Shown piece after piece: positions 40,885-53,034 of a stretch of DNA of 64,000 nt (position 1 is the first letter of the stretch; each line of letters opens with the position of its first letter). The DNA is from Negaprion brevirostris. Its lineage: Eukaryota. The notes under the pieces were generated by a model. It made no database searches. It was given only the letters and a program-made list of their open reading frames with translations, and was not told the origin of the DNA. The DNA is taken from contig JARDVH010000132.1 of the NCBI GenBank assembly GCA_030324005.1, positions 78,977,973-79,041,972 of the forward strand. Direction: 5' to 3'. Position numbers and translations under genes: made by a program.

Positions 40885-41398
40885 CACAGAATCCCTTCAG
40901 TGCAGAAAGAGGCTATTTGGCTGTTTTGAGCCTGCACTGACAATAATGCCACCCAGGCTGAATCCCATAACCCTACATCTTTGTCCTGCCAATGCCCCTG
41001 ACACTAAGGGGCAATTTAGCATGGCCAATCAACTTAACTTGCAAGTATTTAGACTGTGGGAGGAAGCCCATGCAGACATGTGGAGACCTCACAAACTGCA
41101 TACAGACAATCACCCGAGNNNNNNNNNNNNNNNNNNNNNNNNNNNNNNNNNNNNNNNNNNNNNNNNNNNNNNNNNNNNNNNNNNNNNNNNNNNNNNNNNN
41201 NNNNNNNNNNNNNNNNNNTTTACCCTGCTAATCCCCTGACACTAAGGGGCAATTTGCTTTGGCCAATCAACCTAACTTGCAAGTATTTAGACTGTGGGAG
41301 GAAGCCCATGCAGACATGGGGAGACCTCACAAACTGCATACAGACAATCACCCGAGGCCAGAATTGAACATGAGACAGCAGTGCTAACCATTGTGCCA
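40885..41398 (-). mobile_element. HE1-like V-SINE, partly duplicated across a gap
   Basis: About 140 bp repeated on either side of the 100-N gap. Confidence 0.8.
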
Positions 41399-42056
41399 GA
41401 TAAACCACTATTTAGGAAAGCTCATGCATTTCTGAGAAGATGATAAACTCTGTGAATTTCACTCATGACCTACTTTGTCAAATAGGAATATAACAAAAGG
41501 GCAGATCATGCAATGCAGAGCAGTTTAATGTCCCAGTCTGATGACCAATGGCTACCATTCATTGGGGTATATGCATTTGAAGTCAAGGTATCTCAGCACA
41601 AAATGTGCCACAAACTCTACAATCAGGGCAAGTAGACGAGCTTAAGAGGGAAGGAATACAAATTGTTTACAGTCAATTATTTGACAGAGTGATGAAGATG
41701 TGGAATAGATTGTTCAGGATGATGGACAGATGAGTTACACAAGAATACAAGAAATGAGATTAGGAGGAGACAACACAGTCCATTAAGTCTGCTCTACCAT
41801 CCAATAAGATCATAACATCAACTCTACTGCCCTATCCCTATATTACTTGATTCTCTTCTGACCAAAAACATCAATGTTTCAGTGTTACATATGCTCATCA
41901 ATAGGGCATCCACAGGTGTCAGAGACAGAGAATTCCAAAGATTCACAATTGCTTATCTCAATCCTAAATGGACAATCTTTTATCCTGTTGAAAGATGTAT
42001 GGGATAATCAGATAGATACCAATGGAATGGATTTTGAGGAATGGCTGGATGGTAGG

Positions 42057-42290
42057 TGAAATAACTCCTTAGAGGTCAGGGTTCCTTCACCACATTCCCC
42101 TTATTTACAAACTCAATTCCACTCCTAAGAGTACCTCAGTTACACAGTCAGAATCCAGAGTTTCAGTATCCCTGACACTCCTCAATATATACAGAGGTGA
42201 GACGCCCTGATTGAGATAATTATTGCCTGCCCAACCAGGAAGCTGCTACTCTGAAAGGCCAACCTCATAGGCCTTATTGAGGTCATTGCA
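42057..42290 (-). mobile_element. Putative solo LTR
   Basis: TG...CA ends with imperfect inverted termini (TGAAATAAC / TGCAATGAC), minus-strand TATA-like and AATAA-like motifs. No convincing TSD. Confidence 0.4.
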
Positions 42291-43002
42291 ATTGGTCTTC
42301 TCTGTTTCTTTACTTTCCAATAACAATTCTCCCATACTTGTCCCAAATTAATGCAATGTCATACATTTGGTCTCATGCATGTATGCACACAAAGATTGAA
42401 TACAGATAAAAATAATACACTTATACAGATTACTGTTCATTCAGTCTTTGATTTATGACTTCTAGTCTCCCATGTGGCTGGCCTGTGGTTTCCAAAATAG
42501 GTTTGATGATTTGAAGTTAACGTAAGCATCTTGTAAAACAAAAACGGTTCAAGGCAGGTTGCAAGGTTTCTTTTGTCAAGTGGCTCAACGCTTAGTTCTC
42601 AAGTGAAATTTGAAACTGTAAATACTTTGAAACTAGCTGTATGTCAGAGTCTGGTTCTCTGACTGGATAACAAATAATGGTTCTTCAAAAGCAAAATGAC
42701 CTTGCCTTTTTTGCTGTTGCTATCTCTTTGGTGTTTTTTTTTCTGCAGGTGACCCTGGTTTCTCTGAGCCTTTAGATAAAATTCACTATCACGAGCTGGT
42801 TTTGATCACATGATCAACACTGGCATTATCCAACCAGAGTGGCTTGAAAGTCCAAAGTCACCACTACATGATTGGATGTAGATGGTGATCTTTCACATTT
42901 AACTAGTGGATAACTGATGTTTTCTTTTGTTAAATTTCAAACCTGGGGACACAAAATCTAGGAGTGTACTGCCCCTTTGTTTTCAATGATCTCTGAACAG
43001 TT

Positions 43003-43314
43003 GGGCAGCATGGTGGTACATCGATTAGCATTGCTGCCTCACTGCTCCAGGGACCTGGTTTCAATTCTGGCCTTGGGTAACTGTGTGGAGTTTGCATGTT
43101 TTCCCTGTGTCTGCATAGGTTTCCTTTGGGTGGTCCCGTTTCCTCCTGCAGAACAAAGTGGATTGGCCATGCTAAATTGGCCCTTAGTGTCCCAAGATAA
43201 ATACATTAGGGGAATAGCAGGATAAATATATGGGGTTACGGAATAAGCCTGGGTAAGAGTTGGTGCAGACTTGATGGACCACATGGCTTCCTTCTGCACT
43301 GTAGGAATTCTATG
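43003..43314 (+). mobile_element. Full-length HE1-like V-SINE
   Basis: gggcagcatggtgg head through ctgcactgtaggaattctatga tail. Confidence 0.85.
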
Positions 43315-44844
43315 AAATGGTTGGCTTGAATTCCACAGAGGGGTGCTGTTTTAATATGTTCATCCCAGTTAGAGATCCCCCACCCAGGGTGATTTGGTGA
43401 GAACTTTCCGGAAGCTTGGTAGTCTGTGTTGAATAAACAAAAGTCATCTGACCCTTTGTCAGCCATCTTAACAGCTCATTCGTGTCCATTTTAAACAATT
43501 AATANNNNNNNNNNNNNNNNNNNNNNNNNNNNNNNNNNNNNNNNNNNNNNNNNNNNNNNNNNNNNNNNNNNNNNNNNNNNNNNNNNNNNNNNNNNNNNNN
43601 NNNNCCAGAATCTTCCATATGATTACTGTCCATGTTCAAAGTTATGCAAATGGCATACCTTTACTGGGCCTGACACTGTTTGGAAATATTTCCAGAAGCA
43701 TTTCCTCCTTCACAATGAACAGGCATTTGTGCTTAAGTGATCTGTGGATTGACGTTTAGTTTTGTGATAAAATGTGGTTGATAGAACCTTGGCTTACTTT
43801 TTTATTTTCTCAAATAAACACGAGTGGGAAAAAGTCCACTCAGTCGCCAAAACTTAGTGGAAAATCACAGAGTGGCACCTGTCATTTTCTTTATATTTTG
43901 GCAGTAGGTGAGATTTGTCGCTGGTAAGAAAAATTCTGGAATTTTAAGAAAAACCTGCTTTTTCATGACTGACTTAGAGTTTTGCTTTTGTTTCCTCATC
44001 CCACTACAGATATGTTCCTTGTGCCCAAACTATGCAGGGAGCACGGTGCTAATATAGCTATGTGGATCTCAGTGTATGCTGAGGTCACTCTTGTGTATGG
44101 CAATGCCCGCTCTTACCGTTGTTATTACAGTCCCACTGCTACTATGACACTACAGTATTTACCCTGAGCTTCCCAATGGGAGTTTTTCACTGCTTGCACT
44201 GCTTCCAACAGTTCTAAGGTCCAAGTCTGGAAAAAATTAAATTTCAAGTGTTCTTGCCAGTTTCTTACATCACAGCTTTGAATGATAACAAACATTTGCC
44301 AGAAAATTAAACATGTGAAATAGGATTTTGAATTTTACTGTACAGATTCATCAGCAACAAAGAGTTACCAGTAATTAGTACACTTGCATAACATATTGTG
44401 AGTGCAACTCTCAAAAGTTATGCGGGGAATTTTGTGTTCAATCTCAGTAACACAGGACTAAAAACCTGAAAATCCTGACTGGCTGGAACAACAATGACAG
44501 GGCAATAAATTCATTGTCGATGGATGGTATCGAGCCCATGAAAATTTCTGGCATCAGGCAGAATGAAATGGAGAGGTATCCTTGCCAGTATTGATGCAGA
44601 TGGGATATCTGGAATGGGCAAGCAGAGAAACTGTTGGAGAACAAAGCAGGCAGAAGAGGAAATGAACTAACATTGACCCTTTCCATAAGGTTCGCTTTCT
44701 TTACAGGAACTAATTATTTTGTAACTGGCTACTATAAGAATAACAGCCTTTAGAGTCTGGTGGGTGCCTCTTCTGTCTCCCTGAGGGAAAAGGATGCTTG
44801 CTTCATGTACATTTAATGGGGGTATTCATCAGATGAAGTGCAAA

Positions 44845-46440
44845 GGGGCCCTTCGGCCCATTGGGTCTACATTGACACATTAGAAACATCTGAACTCGCA
44901 GCTAATCCAATCTGCCAATACTTGGCCCATAGCCCTGAATGTTAAGTGCCAAGTGCTCATCCAGAGACATTTTAAAGTATGTGAGGCAACTGTCTCCACG
45001 ACTCTCCAGGCTGCGCACTTCAGACCATCACCACCACCTGGGTAAAAAGATTTTTCCTCGCATCCCCCTTAAACCTCCTCTCCCTCACCCTGAATCTACG
45101 TCCCCTCATAACTGATCCTTCAACTAAGGAGAACAGCTGTTCCTTATCCACTCTGCCCATCTCTCTCATAAACTTGTACACCTCGATCAGGTTGCCCCAC
45201 AATCTTCTCTGCCCTGTTGAAAATGATCCAAGCCAATGCAATCTCTCTTCATAACTTAAATGTTCCACCACAGGCAGCATCCTAGTGAATCTCCACTGCA
45301 CCCACTCCAGTGCAATCACATCTTTCCAATAATATGGTGACCAGAACTACACACAGTGCTCCAGCTGTGGCCTCACCAAAGATCTATACAACTCCAATAT
45401 AATTTCCCTGTTTTTGTAATCTGTGCCTCAACTGATAAAGGCAAGTGTCTTGCACGCCATTTTCACCACCCTACTAACATGCCCTTCCACTTTCAGGGAT
45501 CCATGGACAAACATGCCAAGGTCCCTTTTGTTCCACAGAACTTCCTCCTAGTGAGTTACCATTCATTGAATACTTTGTTATTAAATTACTCCTTCTAGAA
45601 TGTATCATCTGTCTTTTCAGGGTTAAATTCCACCTGCCACTTAACTGCCCATTCGACCATTCCATTTTATATCTTCTTATAGCCCAAGACACTCCGCCTT
45701 ACTGTTAGCCACCCATCCAATGCTTTGTCATCTGCCAACTGACTAATCCTACCCCCCACATATTCATCAATGTCATTTATATAACAATGGCCAATAGGGG
45801 GCCCAACACACATCCCTGTGGCATGACACTGGCTTCCAGTTACTAAAGCATCCTTCTGTCACCACCCTTTGTCTCCTACAACGGAACCAATTTTGAATCC
45901 ATTTTATCAAATTGCCCTGTATCCCATGTGAATTTACCTTCTTTAGAATTACCCCATGTGAGACCTTGTCAAAGGCTTTGCGACAATCCATATAAACTAC
46001 ATCGACTGCACTGCTCCTATCTACACACCTGGTCACCTCCTCAAAAAATTCAATCAAATTTTTTAGGCATGACCTCCCTCTGATGAAGCCTGCTGACTAT
46101 ACCTGATCAAGCTTTGTCTCTTCACATGAGACTCACTGGTCGGTAGTTGTCTGGTTTTTCTCTACAACCCTTCTTAAATAGCAGAACACGTTAGCTGTTC
46201 TCCAGTCGGCTGGCACTTACCCCACGGCCAGAAAAGAATTGAAAATTTGGCTCAGAGCTCCTGCAATCTCCTCCCTTTCCTCCCATAACAACCTAGGGCA
46301 CAATGCATCTGGAGATTTAGCCACTTTTAAGGCTGTCTACAACTCCAATACCTTGTCTTTCCCTGTGTCAATTTGCTCAAGAACCTTACAGAATCTTTAC
46401 CTGAATTCCGTACCATTGTTCTCATTCTTTTGAGTGAAGA
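44845..46440 (-). mobile_element. CR1 LINE ORF2 (RT) 3' 1.6 kb, pseudogenised
   Basis: IEFFEEVT...VDVVYMD..KAFDKV.H...WIQNW...RQRVV and LEWVQWRFTRMLP...LSYEERL motifs. Confidence 0.92.
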
Positions 46441-46664
46441 TTGATTTGGCTGGTTGGAATTTCCACTGAGAACCTCATCCTCCCAGTCTTGCTTTCAACT
46501 GGAATGACAATTTCAAAGGACAACTGCAGGAACTCAAACAACAACAACTTGTTTGTTTAGAATCTTTATTTAGAGTAATAACACGTCCCAAAGCGATTCA
46601 CAGGAGCATTACAAATGAACAATATATTTATCTGCTGAAACCATATTTGATAAGTTGGGTAACA

Positions 46665-47082
46665 TTAAGTTTATTCATTTGTGTCAGAAGTGGGCTTACA
46701 TTAATACTGCAATGAAGTTACTGTGAAAATCCCCCTGTAGCCAGACTCCAGCATCTGTTTGGGTATACTGAGGGAGAATTTAGCATGGCTAATGCACCTA
46801 TGGCCATTCACTTGACGAAGGTGCAAACCCCGAAAGCTAGTGGGTTTACTATCAAATAAACTTTTTGGACTTTAACCTGGTGTTATGAGACTTCTTACTG
46901 TAATGCATTTCAACCAGCACATCTTTCGGACTGTGGGTGGAAACTGGAGCACCCGGAGGAAACCCACACAGACGCTGGGAGAACATGTAGACTCCACAGA
47001 CAGTGACCCAAGTTAAGTTGGGAATCAAACCCAGGCCCCTGGCTCCTGCAAGGCAGCAGTACTAACCCCTGTGCCACTGTGC
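46665..47082 (-). mobile_element. V-SINE (alternative tail) carrying a Penelope-like insert at approx. 46801-46900
   Basis: SINE sequence interrupted by ttcacttgacgaagg...cgaaagctagtgg...cttcttactg, flanked by repeated TAATGCA (46790, 46901). Confidence 0.8.
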
Positions 47083-47416
47083 ATATCCACAGTGATGATT
47101 ACAAATGAAAATAGTTGCTTCTGTTAATGCTTCATATAAGAACAACACGATTTTACCATAACTCCAATAAATAAAACTCCCAAGTGTCTATTTTGCAAGA
47201 CTTGTTTTCATAGTGTTTTCATACAGTCTGCTGAGAAATGTAACCACATCTGAAACCTGACATTCTCATTAAATCAGACAAAGTCTGTGAGGTGACTTGT
47301 GAAATAAACTAATTCCGATGAATTGGTGTTTTTGATCACAGCCAACAAGCTAAGCTGTGGCATGCCTATTTAAGTAGTGTTCTGGAACTTTAATATATGT
47401 CTCTTAACTGTTTCAG

Positions 47417-47639
47417 GCAATGGTGAGTGTAAAGGAGGAGAATGTCAATGCTTCCCTGGCTGGGAAGGTGAAAACTGTAACTGTTCATCGTCCCACATGT
47501 CCTGCAAGACAGGGCATGGCCAAATCTGCAGTGGAAGAGGGGCATGTATCTGTGGTAGATGTCATTGCGCTGAATCCAGAGCGTCTGGTCGTTTGTGTGA
47601 GGTTTGCCCTACATGTGAAAACTCATGTGAAAACAGTTG
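47417..47639 (+). CDS. ITGB8: ITGB8 exon (approx. exon 11), I-EGF3/4: (G)NGECKGGECQCFPGWEGENC...CEVCPTCENSCENS(W)
   Basis: tttcag acceptor, gtatgc donor, 223 nt, phase 1/2. Confidence 0.97.
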
Positions 47640-47811
47640 GTATGCTTGTATAATTCTTACACACACACCATTTATTGTTTCTACACTTAACAGTTGCTAA
47701 ATGAATGGCTTACTTTTCAGAGAAACAAAAGTGATCCAAATCTAATCTGTCATAATGAACTATACATTTAAAATGGTTATAATATACAAATATATAGTAC
47801 TAACACTCTAA

Positions 47812-48140
47812 GCAGTACAGTGGTTAGCACTGCTGTCCCTCAGCAACAGAGATGGGGGTTTGATTCAGGCCTTGGGTGACTGTGTGAAGTTTGCAAATTC
47901 TCCAAGCAACTGAATGGGTTTCCTTCCACAATCCAAAGATGTGAAGGTTAGGTGGATTGGCAATGCTAAATTGCCCCTTAGTTTCCAAAGACATGTAGGT
48001 TAAATGGATTAGTCATGGTAAATGGGTGGAGTAAGGGGGATAGGGCAGGGGGGATTGGGTCTGGATAAGATGGTCTTTCGGAAAGTCGATGCAGACATAC
48101 TGAGCCAAATGGCCTCCTTCTGCACTGTAAGGATTCTAAG
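47812..48140 (+). mobile_element. HE1-like V-SINE
   Basis: cagtggttagcactgctg head through tgcactgtaaggattcta tail. Confidence 0.82.
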
Positions 48141-48803
48141 GCTCTAGGAATAGTAAGATCCTAATCTTTTATCTCTAAAATATTAAAAAGGATGTTTTTT
48201 AATTTTACTTTTCACTTCAGTACCTAAGTAATGAGTGCCACTAAAAAGGAACTTTTTTATTTATTTATGGAGTTTAGGCTAGTGCTGCATTTATTGCCCA
48301 TCCCTAATTGGACTTTAGAAATGTTGTGCAATGTTTTATGGAATACTTATCTAACTATTTACACAATAATGTGAATGTCAAAACAGAGGATCCTCTGACA
48401 CACCATTAGCACTGTGTGTGTTTGTACTATTGCCAGGAATTTCCGCTGAACTACTTTTCCACAACTGTAACTTCTACCACATCACAGCTCCCACTCACAT
48501 TGTTGTTATTGTTTTTTTTCGCAGTTCTGCAGAAAATGTTGGTCCTCAAACGAATGCCAACCTCAAACTCCCCCTTTCCCAATGGCATAGTCCTTCTTGT
48601 CAACTTTTCCAAATCTATTTTCTTTCTTCCCCTACCCATCCACCCACCTTGTGATGTTTTCTACCTTAAAGGCGCTTTATGAATTTAATTTGTTGTACAT
48701 ATTGAACTTCATTGACTAACAAAAGGTTTGTACAGTATATATCAACAATACTATTGTGGACCTGGGCACAATCAATCCATGATACAAATGTAGGCAAGAA
48801 CAT

Positions 48804-49017
48804 AGCCTGAAATTTTCTGGCCCTTCCCACTGGTGGAATCCTTAAGTCCTGCCAATGGCACGTTCCCCGGCGGCAGACGATGCAGGGCATTCGAAATCCC
48901 GTTGACATCAACAGGATCTTCTGATCCTGCCACTGGCCAATAGAGGGACACATCTGCCACCAGAAAATACACCGCAGGGGTTGTGGGGGACAGGGGGTGT
49001 CTGGAAAATCCTGCCAT
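48804..49017. repeat. Hairpin MITE-like repeat (relatives at 23635, approx. 31290, 25195, 58888)
   Basis: gcctgaaattttc...ggaaaatcctgcc termini; shared internal ggatc..gatcctgcc core. Confidence 0.6.
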
Positions 49018-49706
49018 TGGAACAGGAGTAAACAGCTCTTGAAGTTAACTGAACTGTGCTTCAACTTCTATTATTCCATATTCCTTTAAACCTAACACCG
49101 ATGTATAAAGCTCGGTTTTGAAAATTTCAATTAACCACCGTCCAGAGGTTTTTGGGGATACACTTCCAGATTTCCATTACCTTTTACGTGAAAAATTACT
49201 CCCTGACTTCATTGCTAAATGGCATAGCCACTTTTATGGAAGACTCCCAAACATTGCAACCTCAATCAAAACCAATTTCTATAAGGTGTTGGAAAATTGA
49301 TGTTAGGCCTTTTCTTTACATGTGTGAACAGCCTCTTTAAGCAGTTGCCCAGGACAACTGAAAAATTACCATTTACCAATATGGCGCATCTGTAACACGG
49401 GTACAATTTAAACGTGAGATATTACGTCCTGAAATTGGTCCTTTTTGTCCTTGGTTTCCATTTGTAAATGAGGGTCAAATGTACAATTTAACTTGTTTAA
49501 GTTTATTAAAAGCTGTTCCCTTTATGCCCTCGATGTAATTGGTGAACTTGATTTTTGGTGTAGTGACACAAATAATGGTCAAGGATCTCAAACAAACAAA
49601 ACTATGTACAAATTTGCACCTTTTAGCTCTGAATACCTGAATTCACTGAAGTGAATGTGTACACCTTCGCTAACATTACTGAACGTTTATGTGACTTCAT
49701 TTCTAG

Positions 49707-49804
49707 GAAGTGTGTGCAGTGCCATGTGTTAAACTACGGGGCAGTGTCTCCTGCCAATTGCACCATTCCATGTTCACAAATGGTGCTAGTGGACAAGCTT
49801 TCAG
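49707..49804 (+). CDS. ITGB8: ITGB8 exon (approx. exon 12), beta-tail first half: (W)KCVQCHVLNYGAVSPANCTIPCSQMVLVDKLS(E)
   Basis: ttctag acceptor, gtacct donor, 98 nt, phase 2/1. CxxC...CxxxC pattern of the beta-tail domain. Confidence 0.92.
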
Positions 49805-50484
49805 GTACCTATTTCTTTTAGGATTCTGCGGCTATGTATTCAGCACTGATTTGATGCGGTGGGGGGGGGGTGGTTTACTTGTTGATTTAAGCTTGTTAGA
49901 GTAATGTTCCAAAATCTGATATAACAAGTACATTACAGCCCTGGAGATCCCTGCATCAATCTAATATTCCCTACCTCTCAGTTTCTACTACTACTGTCAG
50001 TCCTGTCTGTTAAGAGTTTTCCCACTTAATTGTTGATACCAGATTCAGATTTGGCTTTTGCAGTAATATTCTCTGTAACACTAAAGGAGTAATAATCCAT
50101 AATGCATGAAAAGTATCACCATGGAATAATAATTCAAGTAATTCAGCATGTAAATATGTGTGCACTATAGACACACTAAATAAACAGGGTGTTTATTCAC
50201 TCAGCTTTGCCATGTCACCATGGTTGCAAAAAAATGTGGTGGAAAAACTTCCTTATCAAAAGCCCAATGCACTGCCTAGAATCTGTAGAACATTGAAAAG
50301 AGGTGAAGGTTGAAAGGCAGAAGTCACTTTTGGCATTATTGAGAAACAAGAAATATTGGATTCTGCCCTCCCTTCCATCATACACCTGTCCACTTGCCCT
50401 TCCATGTTATTTTCCTTTTATTCTATTGAATTCAGTGTAATGTAAATTGGCTGGCTGATCCAATATTTTCCAGGTTTACAGCAT

Positions 50485-50778
50485 TGTTTACTAGGCTGAT
50501 ACCGGAGTACCGGAGTTGTGGGGGTTGAGCTATGAGGAGAGGCTGAATAAACTAGGCTTGTACTCGTTAGAGTTTAGAAGAATGAGGGGAGATCTCNNNN
50601 NNNNNNNNNNNNNNNNNNNNNNNNNNNNNNNNNNNNNNNNNNNNNNNNNNNNNNNNNNNNNNNNNNNNNNNNNNNNNNNNNNNNNNNNNNNNNNNNTCAG
50701 CCATGATCTTATTGAATGGTGGGGCAGGCTCGAGGGGCTAGATGGCCTACTCCTGCTCCTACTTCTTATGTTCTTATG
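50485..50778 (+). mobile_element. Young CR1 LINE 3' fragment around a gap
   Basis: GLSYEERLNKLGLYSLEFRRMRGDL plus CR1 tail. Confidence 0.9.
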
Positions 50779-51454
50779 GCTGATATTGAAACTTCTGACA
50801 CACGTTTAAATGCATTATTTGCATAGGAAGAAAATATCAGTCATAAAATTACTCTTGAAGGCTATGTAATTATCGAATTGGCACATCTAAATGTTTTCCT
50901 TTTAAAATGGACAAAATGCCCGACTAACTTTGGACAATTACTGGTCAGTTCTTGAAGCTCCCAGAATTGGAACTTTTTTGTTTTGTTTGAAAAAGTTGCA
51001 CATTTCTAACACCGAATTCTATAAAATGAAAGTTGAGAAATGTACAGAATTATATTTAGAATTCTTTTAGTAAAGCAGATGTCAATAATGAAAAAAATAG
51101 GATTGTCCCAGTGAATGAATTAGATTGTTAACAAGGAGGTTATTTGGTTTTAGGTAGAAAACTTTAACTGCCTATGTTCCCAGATGATTTTATTTAGATA
51201 TTTTGATTGCTGTTGAATTTCCTTGAATTTTTTTGCTTTAATAACAGCGGAAATGTGACAGTGCAGCATCTAGTCCCCAAAGAAATGGCTGATTTATGTT
51301 GGTTTGGTACTGAAACCTCTATCTGCAAATTTCACCAACCGTTTCTCAGCTTATGTGTTATGTTTGCGAAAACCCCTCCATTCATCCTCTGTTCGTTTTC
51401 ATAGCCCACCTCGCACAAAGAACAGCTTGTGTCTTTTCTGAATTTACACCGATA

Positions 51455-51715
51455 GCCTTACAGCGTTAGGGACTCTGGTTCGATTCCTGGCTTGGGTCAC
51501 TCTTTGTATGGAGCTGGCGTGTTCTCTCTCTGTTTGCATGAGTTTCCTCCAGGCGCACTGGTTTCCTCCCAGAATCCGAAAGATGTGCTGGTGAGGTGCA
51601 TTGGCCATGCTAAATTCTCCCTCGGTGTACTCGAACAGGGCTGTGGTGACTCAGGGATTTTCACAGCAACTTTATTGCAGTGTTAATGTAAGCCTACTTG
51701 TGACACTAATAAATA
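51455..51715 (+). mobile_element. V-SINE, alternative-tail subfamily
   Basis: V domain plus tail ...aagcctacttgtgacactaataaataa. Confidence 0.8.
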
Positions 51716-52411
51716 AGTCACAGATTAATTGAAGCTTACAGCATGGAAATAGGCCCTTCAGCCCAAATTGTCCATGCCGCCCTTTTTCTAAAACCCCTAA
51801 GCTAATCCCAATTGCCCGCATTTGGCCCATATCCCTTTCTACCTATCTTACTCATGTAATTGTCTAAATGCTTTTTAAAAGACAAAATTGTACCCGCCTC
51901 TACTACTACCTCTGGCAACTTGTTCCAGACACTCACCNNNNNNNNNNNNNNNNNNNNNNNNNNNNNNNNNNNNNNNNNNNNNNNNNNNNNNNNNNNNNNN
52001 NNNNNNNNNNNNNNNNNNNNNNNNNNNNNNNNNNNNNTTCAGTGCACACACAAGCTTTGTGCTTCTCCTCTTCCAAACTGCTCTGAAAGACTAAGGAACT
52101 TGAATGGCCAAAAGCAGCAATCATGCACTATTATCGAATTGAGAAGGCCACATTTGTGCTTGTTTCGTCTTTTTTTAAATACATATTTACCATAGGCAAA
52201 TAAGCTGCTCAAGAATTTGAGTGCAAATTCCTTTTGAGAATAGATGCAACTTTCAGTATAATTTCTTTGTAAATGTGATCCAGGAAAATGTTACATTGTT
52301 GATTTCATTAGTTTTATCTTTAATTAAAACTGGTGGGAATTCTTCAAAGGTGGGATAGCATTGAAATATTTGTTTTGTTGAACATGTCATTAGTTTATAT
52401 TTTGTTATCAG

Positions 52412-52531
52412 AATCCGATGAAGAAAAAGCACAATCCTGTGTCTTTCAAGCACAAAATAAATGCTTATATAAATTCAAGATGGTAGCAACTGAGACTGAA
52501 AAAGAATCTCTTTATATATTGAGAAACTCAG
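52412..52531 (+). CDS. ITGB8: Additional ITGB8 exon, beta-tail second half: (E)SDEEKAQSCVFQAQNKCLYKFKMVATETEKESLYILRNS(E)
   Basis: tttgttatcag acceptor, consensus CAG|gtaagt donor, 120 nt, phase 1/1, open in the required frame. C-x7-C-x3-F pattern as in beta1/3/6 tail domains. Confidence 0.88.
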
Positions 52532-53034
52532 GTAAGTGTTTTATGTAACTACATAAAAACAGAAGAAATGTTAGGACAGAAATAATATCAATTAGCTCAT
52601 TAAAGTTCATCCTTTTATTATGGTAGCTATATTTAATAGTAATCCCAATGTACTTTGATTGCTTTGCTTCATAGTTTATTTCAAATATTAAACATTCTTT
52701 TGCTAAATAAGTTTTCAGATATCTGTTCTCAATTTATTCTTGAACTTCAATGTGCCCTTACCTTCAAAGAACCTTATCCACATCATAATGAACAGACCTG
52801 AATTTTCACACCCTCAGAGTTGGGCAATTCCTGGCTCCGCAAACCTGACCCAGGAGAAAATGCCCTGGGTGTTCCAATTTTCGGTCTGGAGTGGGAGGGG
52901 GAATGAGTGAAAATGGGAGTTGTGTCAGCGACCCCAGAAAGAGTTCGGAGGTGGCCTCATTACTCTGGCATTTTTGTTTCATTTGAAGATATGAAACGAA
53001 TGAAGAAAACAAGAGAAACAGTTCTCCAGCCTTC

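Noticed and set aside
40977-41357. About 140-bp direct duplication
   Set aside because: It flanks a 100-N gap inside a SINE, so it is most likely an overlap or haplotype assembly artefact.
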